A DNA stretch of 64,000 bases from Candidatus Nanoarchaeia archaeon (GCA_041652755.1 JBAZGS010000006.1:6443-70442); one strand, 5' to 3'. Shown: positions 47,150 through 58,137, numbered from the stretch's first letter. Notes: generated from the sequence alone by a model not told the origin. Numbers and translations: made by a program.

Positions 47150-48475
47150 ATGGATGCTGAGGAAATTTATAAGAAATTAAAAGAGGATAAAATCAGCTTT
47201 ATAGAGCTAGAATTCACTGACATCTTTGGCACATTAAAAGCAATTGAAATCCCTGTTGATTGCGTTAAGGAAGCAATAGAGAAAGGCGTGTGGTTTGACG
47301 GCTCATCAATTAAGGGCTTTTCAAGAATAAAAGAAAGCGACATGTACTTAAAGCCAGATTTGGGCACTTATGCAGTTTTGCCATCAAACGATGAAGCCAT
47401 AAAAACTGCAAGGTTCTTATGTGATACGCACAACCCAGATGGCTCGCCATGCTTATCAGACCCTAGAATGCTTTTAAAAAAACTCTTGGCAGAGTATAAA
47501 AAACTAGGATATGAATTAATGGTTGGCCCTGAGGTTGAATTTTATTTGTTCAGAAAAGGTGATAATGGAAAACTGCTCACACCTGAATTTGACCTAGGCT
47601 CTTATTTTGACTGCTCAAGCAATGATATTGGAAGCAACGTACGGAAAAAAATAATGGTTGCCTTAAAGTCGTTCGGGATTGAATCTGAAAGAGGGCACCA
47701 TGAAGTGGGTGTTGGCCAGCATGAGATTGGATTTAAGTACGGCAATGCTTTAAGCACTGCTGACAAAGTTGTGACTTTGAAAAAAATAATAAAATCAATA
47801 AGCAACGAGCACGGGCTTATTGCTTCTTTTATGCCTAAGCCTCTTTATCAGAAAGCTGGAAGCGGAATGCACACTCACTTCAGCGTATTCACGCAAGGAA
47901 AAAACGCATTCTTTTGCGATTCAGATAAAAACAAGCTTTCAGAGTTCGCAAAGCAATTCATTGCAGGAATACTGAAATATATTAATGAATTCTGCCTTTT
48001 AACAAATCCAACAATTAACTCATACAAAAGATTGGTAAAAGGCTATGAAGCCCCTGTTTATGTCTGCTGGGGAAGCACTAACAGGTCAGCGCTTATAAGA
48101 ATCCCTAGATTTACTCCAGGAAGGGAGTCAAGCGCACGGGGAGAAATAAGGTGCCCTGACCCAACAGCTAACCCTTACTTGATTTTTGCAGCAATCTTAA
48201 AAGCGGGAATGAAGGGAGTTACAGAAAAATTAAGATTAATGCCTGAAACAATGGATAGCGTTTATGCTAAAAGCCTAGAAGAAATTAATAAGTTAGGAAT
48301 AAGGCTTTTGCCTGAGTCAATTTTTGAAGCAATTGAGAGCTTTAAAAAAAGCGAATTCTCTAAAGAATTGCTTGGCAAAGAGCTTCATTCCAAATTCCTC
48401 GAGCTAAAGGAGAAAGATGCTGAAAATTACAGGACAATAGTGACTGAATGGGAAGTTGACAAGTATTTAGAATAA
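47150..48475 (+). CDS. glnA: Glutamine synthetase type I
   Basis: FDGSSI, GPEVEF, HHEV..GQHEI, FMPKP..GSGMH, SYKRLV, NRSALIRIP, PDPTANPY. Confidence 0.97.
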   Translation: MDAEEIYKKLKEDKISFIELEFTDIFGTLKAIEIPVDCVKEAIEKGVWFDGSSIKGFSRIKESDMYLKPDLGTYAVLPSNDEAIKTARFLCDTHNPDGSPCLSDPRMLLKKLLAEYKKLGYELMVGPEVEFYLFRKGDNGKLLTPEFDLGSYFDCSSNDIGSNVRKKIMVALKSFGIESERGHHEVGVGQHEIGFKYGNALSTADKVVTLKKIIKSISNEHGLIASFMPKPLYQKAGSGMHTHFSVFTQGKNAFFCDSDKNKLSEFAKQFIAGILKYINEFCLLTNPTINSYKRLVKGYEAPVYVCWGSTNRSALIRIPRFTPGRESSARGEIRCPDPTANPYLIFAAILKAGMKGVTEKLRLMPETMDSVYAKSLEEINKLGIRLLPESIFEAIESFKKSEFSKELLGKELHSKFLELKEKDAENYRTIVTEWEVDKYLE

Positions 48476-48515
48476 TAAAAATCTTTATTAATTCGTTTTG
48501 GGATTATTATTTATT

Positions 48516-49379
48516 ATGATTAAGCTAAAAAAGTCCGAGCACTCAATAATTATTTCAGCAATAATCTCTTTTTTTCTGCTGATTTTAAAATTAGTTGCCG
48601 GGCTTTTGACTAATAGCATAGTGCTTATAAGCGAGGCTCTTGACAGCTTTACTGATTTATTGTCAATGGTTGGCTCATATATTGGAATAAAAATCTCTGC
48701 AAAAAAGCCCAATAATGATTTTAATTACGGCTTTGGCAAGGCTGAAAATGTTACTTCGTTTTTTATATCGCTTCTAATCCTTTTTGCAGCTTATTCTATT
48801 GGAAAAATGGCATATGATTCATTTTTTTCAGACATAGCCATTCAAAATAGCGTTTTGGCATACGGTGCAGGAATAGTTTCAATGATTACTTCAGCATTTT
48901 TGTCTTTTTATTTGCTTAAAAAAAGCAAGGAACTAAACAGCGAATTATTGTTCATTAACTCAAGGGAAAGGCTTGCTGATATTTTAAGGGGATTTGTTGT
49001 AATCTCTTCAATTTATCTGCATGAATCAGGAATTCTTTATATCCAAGGAATAGTTACTTTGATTATTTGCTTTGCAGTTTTTTTCATTGGAATAAAATCT
49101 TTGGCGTTTTCAATCAAAGGGCTGATGGATAATTCTCCTGGAAAAAAAATAATCCAAGAAATACAAATGATAATCTCTAAAAATAAGGACGTTTCAAGCT
49201 TTAAAAACTTGAGGCTTAAAAAATCAGGCAGCTACATCTTGGGGGATGTTGAAATAAAAGTTAACAAGAAGTATTCTATAAAGAAAGCTCATGATGTTGC
49301 TGACGCCCTTGAAAAGTCAATAAAGGAAAAATTCAACGATGTTGCTTCATTCATAATACATGTTGAGCCTAATGAATAA
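48516..49379 (+). CDS. Cation diffusion facilitator (CDF) transporter
   Basis: SEALDSFTD, NYGFGKAE, six TMs, AHDVAD..IHVEP. Confidence 0.92.
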   Translation: MIKLKKSEHSIIISAIISFFLLILKLVAGLLTNSIVLISEALDSFTDLLSMVGSYIGIKISAKKPNNDFNYGFGKAENVTSFFISLLILFAAYSIGKMAYDSFFSDIAIQNSVLAYGAGIVSMITSAFLSFYLLKKSKELNSELLFINSRERLADILRGFVVISSIYLHESGILYIQGIVTLIICFAVFFIGIKSLAFSIKGLMDNSPGKKIIQEIQMIISKNKDVSSFKNLRLKKSGSYILGDVEIKVNKKYSIKKAHDVADALEKSIKEKFNDVASFIIHVEPNE

Positions 49380-49401
49380 AAGTTTTTTAATGCTTAAATG
49401 A

Positions 49402-50937
49402 ATGCAGTTAGTTATGGATTTTTTTAAAAAAAAGCCAATCTTAAGGCTTTATCAGGAAAAGATTTTAAGCGAGGTATTAAAATCCAACAGCTTAGTTGTG
49501 CTGCCAACTGGTTTAGGCAAAACAATTATAGGATTATCATTGTCCGCATTAATGCTTAATAAGCATGAAGGGGAATTTGTTTTATTTTTGGCTCCAACCA
49601 AGCCATTGGTTGAGCAGCATAAAAGAGTGTTTCATGAATTCTTTAATTTTGAAAATGAGCTAGTCTCTGTCAGCGGGAACATTAATCCAAAGGAAAGACA
49701 AAAAGAGTATGAAAATGCCAAGATTGTTTTTGCAACCCCTCAAACAATACAGAATGACTTGATTGTAAAAAGATTAAATCTGAAAAATTGCTGCTTACTT
49801 ATTTTTGATGAATGCCATAGGGCAGTAGGAGATTATGCTTACACTTTCATAAGCCAGGTTTATAAAAACCAAAAGGAAACCATTAAAGTTTTAGGCCTAA
49901 GTGCCAGTCCGGGAAGCGACAAGGATAAAATTTTAGAGGTTTGTAAAAACCTTTTTTTTGAAAACATTGTTTACAAAAGCGAAAGCGATGCTGATGTTTT
50001 GCCATATATTAACAAAAAAGAGATAGAGTTAATTGAGCTGTATCTCCCAAAGGAGCTGGAAGAAATTAAAAAATTATTAGAATCAAGCCTTAAAAAAAAG
50101 CTGGAAATAATGAAAATAAGAGGGCTCATTAACACAAGTGATTTGAATAAGATTAGCAAAAAAACTTTTCTGGCAATTAATGCTGAGCTTTCTAAAAAAA
50201 TAAAAGAATCAAACGATGCTGAATTCTTCAAATTCATAAGCCTTAATTCTGAAATAATCAAAGTGCTTTATTGCTTAGAAATTCTTCAAACCCAAGGGGT
50301 TAAGCCTCTCATATCTTATTTTAATGAGTTGAAAAATCATTTGAAAGTCAAAAGCAACTCTTCGCTTTTCAAGGACAGCGATTTCAGAGATGCTGTGCTT
50401 AAAGCTTTTGACATTGAAGACAAAGTTGAGCATCCAAAATTTGAAAAAATAAAAAAAATGATTGATGAAAACTTAAACAGCAATTCCAAATTCATCATTT
50501 TTACGCAATTCAGGGAGACTGCGAGCAGGATTGTGAATTACTTGAAATCAAGCACAATTAATCCTGCTTTGTTTATTGGCCAGGCAGGAAAGGAAGGCTT
50601 AAGCCAAAAAAAGCAGCTAAGCGTTATTAAAGAGTTTGAGAATGGCAAGTATAATGTATTGGTTGCGACAAGCGTTGCTGAAGAGGGATTGCATATTCCA
50701 AGCGTTGATTACGCAATCTTTTTTGAGCCAGTTCCTAGCGGACTCAGAATGATTCAGAGAAAAGGAAGGGTTGGAAGGGTTAATATTGGAAAAGTTTTCG
50801 TGCTATACACTAAAGGCTGCATTGATGAAAAATATTTGTTTGTCAGCAAATACAAGGAAAAAAGAATGAAATACGCAATCAGTGAAGCGAAAGAGTTCAT
50901 TGAGTCTAAAAAGCAGAAAAGTTTGGGGGATTTTTGA
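49402..50937 (+). CDS. hef: Hef/FANCM-like SF2 helicase (helicase half)
   Basis: RLYQ, LPTGLGKT, PTKPLVEQH, DECHRAVGDYAY, SASPG, TSVAEEGL, QRKGRVGR; C-terminal PIP-like QKSLGDF. Confidence 0.93.
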   Translation: MQLVMDFFKKKPILRLYQEKILSEVLKSNSLVVLPTGLGKTIIGLSLSALMLNKHEGEFVLFLAPTKPLVEQHKRVFHEFFNFENELVSVSGNINPKERQKEYENAKIVFATPQTIQNDLIVKRLNLKNCCLLIFDECHRAVGDYAYTFISQVYKNQKETIKVLGLSASPGSDKDKILEVCKNLFFENIVYKSESDADVLPYINKKEIELIELYLPKELEEIKKLLESSLKKKLEIMKIRGLINTSDLNKISKKTFLAINAELSKKIKESNDAEFFKFISLNSEIIKVLYCLEILQTQGVKPLISYFNELKNHLKVKSNSSLFKDSDFRDAVLKAFDIEDKVEHPKFEKIKKMIDENLNSNSKFIIFTQFRETASRIVNYLKSSTINPALFIGQAGKEGLSQKKQLSVIKEFENGKYNVLVATSVAEEGLHIPSVDYAIFFEPVPSGLRMIQRKGRVGRVNIGKVFVLYTKGCIDEKYLFVSKYKEKRMKYAISEAKEFIESKKQKSLGDF

Positions 50938-51545
50938 AATTGATAATTGTTGACAACAGGGAATTTAGGAGCAAAGTTGTTAGGGAGCTTTTCAAGAAAG
51001 GTGTTGAGTTAATTCCTAAGCAATTAAGCATAGGGGATTACATTATTGGCGATGTCTGCATTGAAAGAAAAAGCATTAAGGATTTTTATGGCTCAATTAT
51101 TGACAAAAGAATTTTTGAGCAGCTAAAAAGCATTAAAAGCAATTACGAAAAAAAACTATTAATTGTGGAAGGCGAAGGTTTTGAAAGAAACATACATCCT
51201 AATGCAATCAAAGGCTTGATTGCAAGCATAACTATTGACTATAAGATGCCTATAATTTTTTTGAAAGACTCTATTGAAACTGCTGAATTCTTGGGAATTA
51301 TTGACAAGAGAATGCAGAAAAAAATAACCCCCATAATAGCTGTTAAGAAAGCTAAAAACAATTATGACTCAGCGATTAATGTTTTATGCTTAATTCCTGG
51401 CATTGGAATCAAGAATGCAAACAATTTGTTAAATGAGTTTAAATCCCTTAAGAATGTTTTTTTAGCAACAGAGAAAGAGATGATTCGAGTATTAGGCGAG
51501 AAATGCGCAAAAAATTTCACCAAATTCATTAATGAAGATTTTTAA
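50934..51545 (+). CDS. ERCC4/XPF nuclease with HhH motifs (Hef nuclease half)
   Basis: VDNRE, GDY, IERKS, IPGIGIKNA. Confidence 0.92.
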   Translation: MKLIIVDNREFRSKVVRELFKKGVELIPKQLSIGDYIIGDVCIERKSIKDFYGSIIDKRIFEQLKSIKSNYEKKLLIVEGEGFERNIHPNAIKGLIASITIDYKMPIIFLKDSIETAEFLGIIDKRMQKKITPIIAVKKAKNNYDSAINVLCLIPGIGIKNANNLLNEFKSLKNVFLATEKEMIRVLGEKCAKNFTKFINEDF

Positions 51546-51571
51546 TTAATAAGCCAATAAAAGAGATTATT

Positions 51572-52093
51572 ATGCATAAAAAAATAGAGGCTGATTATTT
51601 CAATAAAAAGTGCTTGAAAATCTTTCTTTACATGGCAAAATTCTTGCTGCTTTCTATTCCAATAATACTAATAGTCAGAATAGATTTATATTTTATTCAA
51701 AAAATTTATGCATTGATTAATAATGCTTTGCTTAACATTTTAGGGATAAAAACTGTTTTTTTTGACTCATTCTCATCATCAGGCCTAAGCCCTTCAATAT
51801 ATTTTAACCAAAAAATCATAAGAATTGACTCTGCTTGCACTGGAATCAGGAGCTTTTATCTGCTGTTTGCAATGATTTTTGCATCCAATGCAGCGCTTTT
51901 TAAAAAATTCAAATATTTAATGCTCGGAGCTTATGCAATAATAACTGTAAATATATTAAGAGTGCTTGTAAGCTCATTATTATTCTTTAATAACCTCATG
52001 GGATTTGACAGCATTATTTGGTCAATAAGCCTTAATTTGGCTGCATTTGCTGTTTTTTATTTTTTTATAAAGAATACCCAAAAAAACATTTGA
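51572..52093 (+). CDS. Archaeosortase/exosortase-family protein
   Basis: ACTGIRS catalytic Cys and NILRV Arg motif in a multi-TM protein. Confidence 0.8.
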   Translation: MHKKIEADYFNKKCLKIFLYMAKFLLLSIPIILIVRIDLYFIQKIYALINNALLNILGIKTVFFDSFSSSGLSPSIYFNQKIIRIDSACTGIRSFYLLFAMIFASNAALFKKFKYLMLGAYAIITVNILRVLVSSLLFFNNLMGFDSIIWSISLNLAAFAVFYFFIKNTQKNI

Positions 52094-52131
52094 AATGTTT
52101 TAAAAATAATTAAACCCTTTAATTTATCTAT

Positions 52132-52956
52132 ATGAAGGAAAAAATTGTGCAGTTGATCCAGAAAATAGGGCCAATAGTGCCTACTGATATTTCAAAAGAA
52201 TTAGGCATTGACAGCTACGTTGCTTCAGCAATTATAAGCGAAATGATTAGGGAAGGATTAATCCTTTATTCTTATAAAAAAATGACAACTAGTCCATTAT
52301 ATTACCTGAAAGGCCAAGAGGAGCTTGTGCGAAAAAGGCTAACCACTATTCTTAAAATCCCTGAAATTAATATTTTAGAATTTTTTAAGAACAATAAATT
52401 GGTTGCTAAGGAAAACTTGGAGCCCCAGCAAAGATACATGGTTGATGATTTAAGGGATTTCATAACCCCTATGGTTCTGAAAATTAACGGCGAAGACAAA
52501 GCATTTTATAAGCATTATTCAATAAGCGAATCAGAGGTTATTGAAAAGTTCAACAAGTGGAAGCAGGACCAAACTAAAGAAGTTGCTGAAGCTAAGCAGC
52601 AAAAAATTATTGAAACATCAGAAAAAGAAGAGCATGAAACGCCTAAGCAGCAAAGAATTGACTCTGCAACTGACAAATTTTTCATCAAGAATGGTTTAGA
52701 AATCATTGAATCCTTAATTGTTAAAAAATCGAGCGAGTACGATTTCGTGGCAAAACAGAGTTCAAGCGTTGGCCAAACATTTTTTGTAAAATACTTGAAA
52801 AAAGCAAGCATTAATGATTCCGATATTAGCAAAGCATACACTGCTGCGCAGTCCAAGAAGATGCCCTGCATAATATTAATCACTGGAAAACTTTCAAAAA
52901 AAGCCCAAGAGTTAATAGCAAACTTAGGATATTTGGTTAATGTTATTAAAATATAA
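52132..52956 (+). CDS. Hypothetical protein, N-terminal winged-HTH-like and C-terminal nuclease-fold-like domains
   Basis: GPIVPTDISKELG..AIISEM, SPLYY.GQEE; C-terminal alpha/beta domain. Confidence 0.7.
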   Translation: MKEKIVQLIQKIGPIVPTDISKELGIDSYVASAIISEMIREGLILYSYKKMTTSPLYYLKGQEELVRKRLTTILKIPEINILEFFKNNKLVAKENLEPQQRYMVDDLRDFITPMVLKINGEDKAFYKHYSISESEVIEKFNKWKQDQTKEVAEAKQQKIIETSEKEEHETPKQQRIDSATDKFFIKNGLEIIESLIVKKSSEYDFVAKQSSSVGQTFFVKYLKKASINDSDISKAYTAAQSKKMPCIILITGKLSKKAQELIANLGYLVNVIKI

Positions 52957-52959
52957 AAA

Positions 52960-53134
52960 TAGCGAGGAGTAAATTTAAGAACCAACCCTTTGCTTCGCAA
53001 AGCGTTGGCGGAAAATCAAACTCAAAAATTTAATAAATATTTAGCGAGGAGTAAATTTAAGAACCAACCCTTTGCTTCGCAAAGCGTTGGCGGAAAATCA
53101 AACTCAAAAATTTAATAAATATTTAGCGAGGAGT
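52960..53134. repeat. Exact 82-bp tandem repeat (two copies) plus the matching tRNA 3' end
   Basis: Units 52960-53041 and 53042-53123 are identical; TAGCGAGGAGT recurs at 52960, 53042 and 53124. Confidence 0.95.
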
Positions 53135-53198
53135 GGATTTGAACCACTGACCTTCGGGTTATGAGCCCAACGGGCACTCCAAACTGCCCTACCTCGCT
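53124..53198 (-). tRNA. Initiator tRNA-Met(CAT)
   Basis: A1:U72 acceptor AGCGAGG/CCTCGCT+A; anticodon arm TTGGG-CTCATAA-CCCGA with three G:C pairs; no intron, CCA not encoded. Confidence 0.96.
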
Positions 53199-53250
53199 AT
53201 AATATTATTCATTGATTATTTGCTTATTAAAAAGGTTACTAAAAACTTGC

Positions 53251-53583
53251 TTATTTTTTTTTTAAAATATTTATTATATCTTTTATGGGCTCAATAATTT
53301 TTGTTAACAAAAAAATAATTGAACCCATTAAAATAATATTATATAATTTAATTCCTGACTCAAATGGCAGCGTTTCTGCTATATAAGCTAATATTCCAAT
53401 TAATGGAAAAAATATGATTATTTCTTTTTTCATTTTGTCATACTTTAAGTAATAAAGGCAAGGGATTGCAATTATTAAGTATAAGCATACGCCTAAAGGC
53501 AAATCATTTAATAAATAACCTATAAGCATGAAAACAATTAATGAAACTAAAGATATTGCTTTTAATGCACTGTCATTTATCAT
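53251..53583 (-). CDS. Small four-TM membrane protein
   Basis: Hydrophobic 110-aa ORF. Confidence 0.65.
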   Translation of the reverse strand: MINDSALKAISLVSLIVFMLIGYLLNDLPLGVCLYLIIAIPCLYYLKYDKMKKEIIIFFPLIGILAYIAETLPFESGIKLYNIILMGSIIFLLTKIIEPIKDIINILKKK

Positions 53584-53592
53584 ATTAATCGC

Positions 53593-54837
53593 TTAATTTT
53601 TCAATATTTTGGCAGTGGTTTTGATAGCCCCAATGTTTGCTCCTAAGTCATTCCTTGTTTCTTTTGAGATTTCTAAGGGTTTTTTGAAGAGTTCATAGCT
53701 GTTTCCCATTACAACATACCCTTTGGCTAATCCTTGTATTTCGCCGTTTTTAATGTAATAAAAAGTGCTGCTGTTTTGCCCGAAAGCTCCTGTGGTTTTG
53801 TTGATTGTATGGTCAGGGTAAGTGTCATATAAAATAAATCCCTCTTTTACTGACTTAATCATTTGGCTTAATTTATCCTTTCCTTTAAGGGTTATGCAAT
53901 TATAGGATGTGCTTGGCTTTATTATCATACTTGCGCTATTGTTTGTGTTAGCCATTCCTAATTTTTGGCTAGTGTAAGAATCATGAATGAATGATTTTAT
54001 CACTCCATCTTTAACCAGCACAGTCTTACCTGATTTGTTTGCTTCAAAGTCGAAAAAGCTTTTATTGTTTTTTTCATAAGAATCATCAATTATTGTCAAG
54101 TCCTTACTTAATTCTTGCTTATTGATTGAATTAATGAATCTTGATTGTTTTTCGCACACAGAATCCCCTTTAAGAGAAAAAAGCAAAGGCGATGTAACAT
54201 TTAGCAGGGCTTCATGGCAAAATATTACTGGATAAGTTCCTGAGTTGGGCTTGCTTAAATTTTTTGAAGCCTCATATTTGAATAATGCTTCTTGCGCGAA
54301 TTCCTTCAAGTTAGGCTTTTTATCTGAAAGCAATGAAACATTTGTTCCAACCCTTTGGTCTTTTCCAACCAATAGCTGAAAAATTAACGAGTCATTTTCA
54401 AGAGTTATTTTTGCACCTAAACTGTTTAAGTATACTGTTTTGCTTTTTCTTTTATTTGCTAAAAATTCCAGTATTGGGGCTTTTTTGTCTATTAGTTTTT
54501 TTATCTGCTCAGTTGATTCTATTAATTTTTTTTCATTGAAGGACTTGTAATTCAAGAGTTTTTTGCTGAACTTAGCAGTGCTTGTGATATTAGGCATTAA
54601 TTCTTTTTTTGAGCTTAATTTTGCAAGTTTATAAGCTTGAAGTATTGAGTTTTTTAAAGAGGAAGTGTTGGTTGACACTATTGTTCCTTGCTTTTTGCCT
54701 ATTATTGCCCTTGAAAATATTGTAGTAATGGAATTGCTTATAGGTGTGTCAATTTCACTATTCATTGTTATTGAATCATTCCTGACTGTTTGAATAATTG
54801 ACTCCCAGCTAAAATCTTTTGGCTTAATTTCCGACAT
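53593..54837 (-). CDS. tldE: TldE/PmbA-family protein
   Basis: GTYPVIF, LTIIDD, FDFEAN, LVKDGVI; no HEXXXH; follows tldD. Confidence 0.88.
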   Translation of the reverse strand: MSEIKPKDFSWESIIQTVRNDSITMNSEIDTPISNSITTIFSRAIIGKKQGTIVSTNTSSLKNSILQAYKLAKLSSKKELMPNITSTAKFSKKLLNYKSFNEKKLIESTEQIKKLIDKKAPILEFLANKRKSKTVYLNSLGAKITLENDSLIFQLLVGKDQRVGTNVSLLSDKKPNLKEFAQEALFKYEASKNLSKPNSGTYPVIFCHEALLNVTSPLLFSLKGDSVCEKQSRFINSINKQELSKDLTIIDDSYEKNNKSFFDFEANKSGKTVLVKDGVIKSFIHDSYTSQKLGMANTNNSASMIIKPSTSYNCITLKGKDKLSQMIKSVKEGFILYDTYPDHTINKTTGAFGQNSSTFYYIKNGEIQGLAKGYVVMGNSYELFKKPLEISKETRNDLGANIGAIKTTAKILKN

Positions 54838-56176
54838 TAATATCCCTCACTGCAATGTATGGAACTTTTTCTGATACAGGAACACTTTGGCCTTTTTTCC
54901 CGCACATTCCTCCCGAATAAGGCGATCCGAATTCGTTGCTTATTCCTGTAATGTTTTTCAGCACTTGCTTTAAATCCCCGCTTAAGCTTGCTCCTTTATA
55001 AGACTGCATAATTTTTCCATTCTTTATCAAAAATGCTTCATCAGCTTTGAAACTGAAAACCCCTGAAGTTATATCAACAGCTCCTCCACTAAATCCTTTG
55101 ACTAATAAGCCATTTTTAACTTGCTCCATTAATTCTTGCTTTGAGTATTTTCCTGGCTTAACCTCAGTATTTGACATTCTTGGTATTGGCAAGTCATGCA
55201 CTGACTGCATCCTTGCATTTGATGTTTTTTTCAATCCATTCACATCAAAATAGCTTGACAAGTCATTCATGAAATTAACAATTCTTCCTTTGCTTATTAA
55301 AACATTTTTTTTTGATTTTATGCCTTCATCATCGTATTCGTAAGAGCCCCAGTAATCTTTCAGAGTTGGATTATCATACAGTGTTAATTCATCAGTGCTT
55401 ACTTTTTCATTTAAGCTTATGCACGTGCTTTTATCTCTCAAGCTGTCAGCTTCCAAGGCATGCCCTACTGCTTCATGAAAGAATGTTCCTGATATTTCAG
55501 GATCAATCACTAAATCGTATCTGGCTGGCTTTGCTAATTTTGCATTAATTAATCTTTTTATCTTGTCCTCTGAGTTTTTTATGAATTCATCATAGTTAAA
55601 ATTGAGCAATTCGTAGCCTTTCTTTGCACGTCTTATATTGTGGCAATTCTCGTTTTTAGCAGCAATGTCATTAAAGATTTGCGAATAATTAGACTCTTCA
55701 ATAACTCTAGCACTTTTAGAATTGGCATAAAAATTATTGTTTTTCGAAAAAGCAATGGTTGTTTCAACATTTTTTAATTCCTTTAAAGAGAACGCGTTGT
55801 TGAAATCTTTTAAGTATTCTATTTTTTTGGATTCGTCAATGCTGAAAGGGTCAATTTTTATCTTTGATTTAATCACTGCTTGATTTGATTCAAAAGCCTT
55901 AAGTATTGTTTTATTTTTTTTCACTAGGCTTGCATTTTTTGCCAATTTGTAGGCTCTGCTAAAAACTTCTTCCTGTTTTGTAAAATCATTGCTTGATGCA
56001 AAGCCAAAGCATCCATTAACCAGCATCCTTATGCCAAAACCTTTAGAGTCTGATTTTATGTAGCTTTTTAATTCCTTATTTTGCTGTATTATTATTTCTT
56101 TATTAGAGTTATTTTCCCAATATTCAACAAGCTCAGAATCTTGGTCATACTTTTTTATAAGCTGCTCATAATTCAT
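54824..56176 (-). CDS. tldD: TldD metalloprotease
   Basis: [33 protein letters not shown]. Confidence 0.95.
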   Translation of the reverse strand: MNYEQLIKKYDQDSELVEYWENNSNKEIIIQQNKELKSYIKSDSKGFGIRMLVNGCFGFASSNDFTKQEEVFSRAYKLAKNASLVKKNKTILKAFESNQAVIKSKIKIDPFSIDESKKIEYLKDFNNAFSLKELKNVETTIAFSKNNNFYANSKSARVIEESNYSQIFNDIAAKNENCHNIRRAKKGYELLNFNYDEFIKNSEDKIKRLINAKLAKPARYDLVIDPEISGTFFHEAVGHALEADSLRDKSTCISLNEKVSTDELTLYDNPTLKDYWGSYEYDDEGIKSKKNVLISKGRIVNFMNDLSSYFDVNGLKKTSNARMQSVHDLPIPRMSNTEVKPGKYSKQELMEQVKNGLLVKGFSGGAVDITSGVFSFKADEAFLIKNGKIMQSYKGASLSGDLKQVLKNITGISNEFGSPYSGGMCGKKGQSVPVSEKVPYIAVRDINVGN

Positions 56177-58137
56177 CTTATTATCTTTCTGATTTTAGCT
56201 ATTATTAATTTTTTCTTTTTAGATTCGCTTAAAGCATACTCTAAGACATCGCTTAAGTTTTCAACTGGCAAGATTTTGATTCCGTCGCTTTTTAATGAAG
56301 GTATTATGTCTCCAATGTTTAATTTTGGAACTATCACTCTTTTTATTCCTGCATCAATTGCTGCTTCTATTTTAGAATTAACTCCCCCTATTGGAATTAC
56401 TTCCCCCCTTACTGTTAAGCTTCCAGTCATTGCAGTATCTTGTCTTATTGGCAAGTCTTCTAATGCGCTTATTACTGCTGTTGCTATTGAAATGCTTGCG
56501 CTGTCTCCTTCAACCCCGCTGTAGCTCATTACGAATTGTATGTGAGTGTCGTATCTTTTCTTTAAATCTTCTCCTTTGTATTTCTTTATTACTGCTGAAA
56601 CATTCTTTACTGCCTCTAGGGCTATTTCTCCTAATTTTCCTGTTGCTATAACTTCGCTGCTTCCTTCTCTTGAAGTTGGAGTGACTGCTGCCTCTATTGG
56701 CATGACTATTCCTGCATCGCTTCCCATTACTGCAAGTCCATTCACTCTTCCAACTTCATTTCCTTCATTTTTTATAATGCTATATTCTTTGTTCATTTCA
56801 ATTGCTTTTTCAACCATTTGTTTTTCTAGGCTGCTTGATAATTTTTTTGCCCTTTCAACATGGTCAGCTGTGATTATTTTTGAATTCTCTTCAATAGCTA
56901 TATCTCCTGCTACTCTTATTAATCCGCCAATCTCCCTTAGCTTTAGAGTTAGTTTTCCTTTTCTTCCGCTTCTTTTCCTTGCTTCTTTCAATACTTCAAT
57001 AACTCCAATTTTATTCATTGCTGGAATTTTTCCTTTTTCGTTTTTTATTTCCTGAGCTATGAATTGGCTGAATTTTTTCCTGTTTTCTTCATTGTCCTCC
57101 ATCATGTCATTAATATAGATTTCATAGCCATTTCCTATAATCCTGCTTCTTAAAGCTGGATGAACATTTAATCCGTGCTCCCTGTCATAGTTTCCGGCTG
57201 CAACTAATATGAAATCGCATGGCACTGGCTCGGTTTTTACCATTGCTCCTGCGCTTCTTTCGCTTCTTCCAGTTATTGGCAACTTTTTTTCCTGCATAGC
57301 TGTCAGTAAATTTATCTGGCTTTCCTTGTCAAGAACAGCTATTTCATCTAAGAACAATACTCCCTTATTGGCTTTATGAATTGCTCCTGCTTCAACCCTT
57401 TCATGCGCTGGAGTTCCTAACCCTCCGCTTTGGAAAGGGTCATGCCTTACATCCCCTAATAATGCCCCTTCGTGGGAGCCTGTTGCGTCAATAAACGGCG
57501 CCTTATCCTGGTTTGAATTATCAATTAATAATTTGGGCTTAAGCACCTTAACCATTCTTTGGGATAAGGATTTTGAAAGCATGAAAATTATTGCAATGCA
57601 CATAATTATTAGTGTCAAAAATATTGTCATGCTTATCCTGTTCGCTGCCTTTAAAACGTCGCTTTCGTTTGGGAAAAAGAACTCCTTTATTTCTTTAGGA
57701 AAAATGTTGAAAAAACTTTCAGGGATGAATTGCATAAAAAGTATTATTCCTAAAATTATTGCGCCTATATACAAAAAATTGTTGTTGACATTGTTTAAGT
57801 CTAATAATTCATTTGTTTGCGAGGGAATGCTTGACAAGATTTTGTTACCCTCACCTGCTTTTACTACTTTTATCTTTGGAGTATTCTCGTCCTTTTGATT
57901 AGGCAAGCATAACACGTCTTCTAGTTCAGTTTTTGGCAATAATTCTGAAAGAGCTAATCCTAGCATGCTTTTTCCTGTTCCTGGCTCGCCTATTAATATG
58001 ACATTCCTTCTTTGCTTTGCTGCTTTTTTAATTATAGAAACTGCGTAATCCTGGCCTATTACTTGGTCAATTATTTTTGGGTTGATTTTTATCTCTTCAG
58101 TTGTTTTAAAATCAAGCTCAGGATAATCATCTTTCAT
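56173..58137 (-). CDS. lonB: Membrane-bound ATP-dependent protease LonB
   Basis: [16 protein letters not shown] insert, [18 protein letters not shown] (Ser), IGGVNSK (Lys). Confidence 0.97.
   Translation of the reverse strand: MKDDYPELDFKTTEEIKINPKIIDQVIGQDYAVSIIKKAAKQRRNVILIGEPGTGKSMLGLALSELLPKTELEDVLCLPNQKDENTPKIKVVKAGEGNKILSSIPSQTNELLDLNNVNNNFLYIGAIILGIILFMQFIPESFFNIFPKEIKEFFFPNESDVLKAANRISMTIFLTLIIMCIAIIFMLSKSLSQRMVKVLKPKLLIDNSNQDKAPFIDATGSHEGALLGDVRHDPFQSGGLGTPAHERVEAGAIHKANKGVLFLDEIAVLDKESQINLLTAMQEKKLPITGRSERSAGAMVKTEPVPCDFILVAAGNYDREHGLNVHPALRSRIIGNGYEIYINDMMEDNEENRKKFSQFIAQEIKNEKGKIPAMNKIGVIEVLKEARKRSGRKGKLTLKLREIGGLIRVAGDIAIEENSKIITADHVERAKKLSSSLEKQMVEKAIEMNKEYSIIKNEGNEVGRVNGLAVMGSDAGIVMPIEAAVTPTSREGSSEVIATGKLGEIALEAVKNVSAVIKKYKGEDLKKRYDTHIQFVMSYSGVEGDSASISIATAVISALEDLPIRQDTAMTGSLTVRGEVIPIGGVNSKIEAAIDAGIKRVIVPKLNIGDIIPSLKSDGIKILPVENLSDVLEYALSESKKKKLIIAKIRKIIR

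Noticed and set aside
52960..53123. Palindromic repeat as a CRISPR array
   Set aside because: Both units are identical over their whole length (no unique spacers), derive from the tRNA end, and no cas genes are in the window
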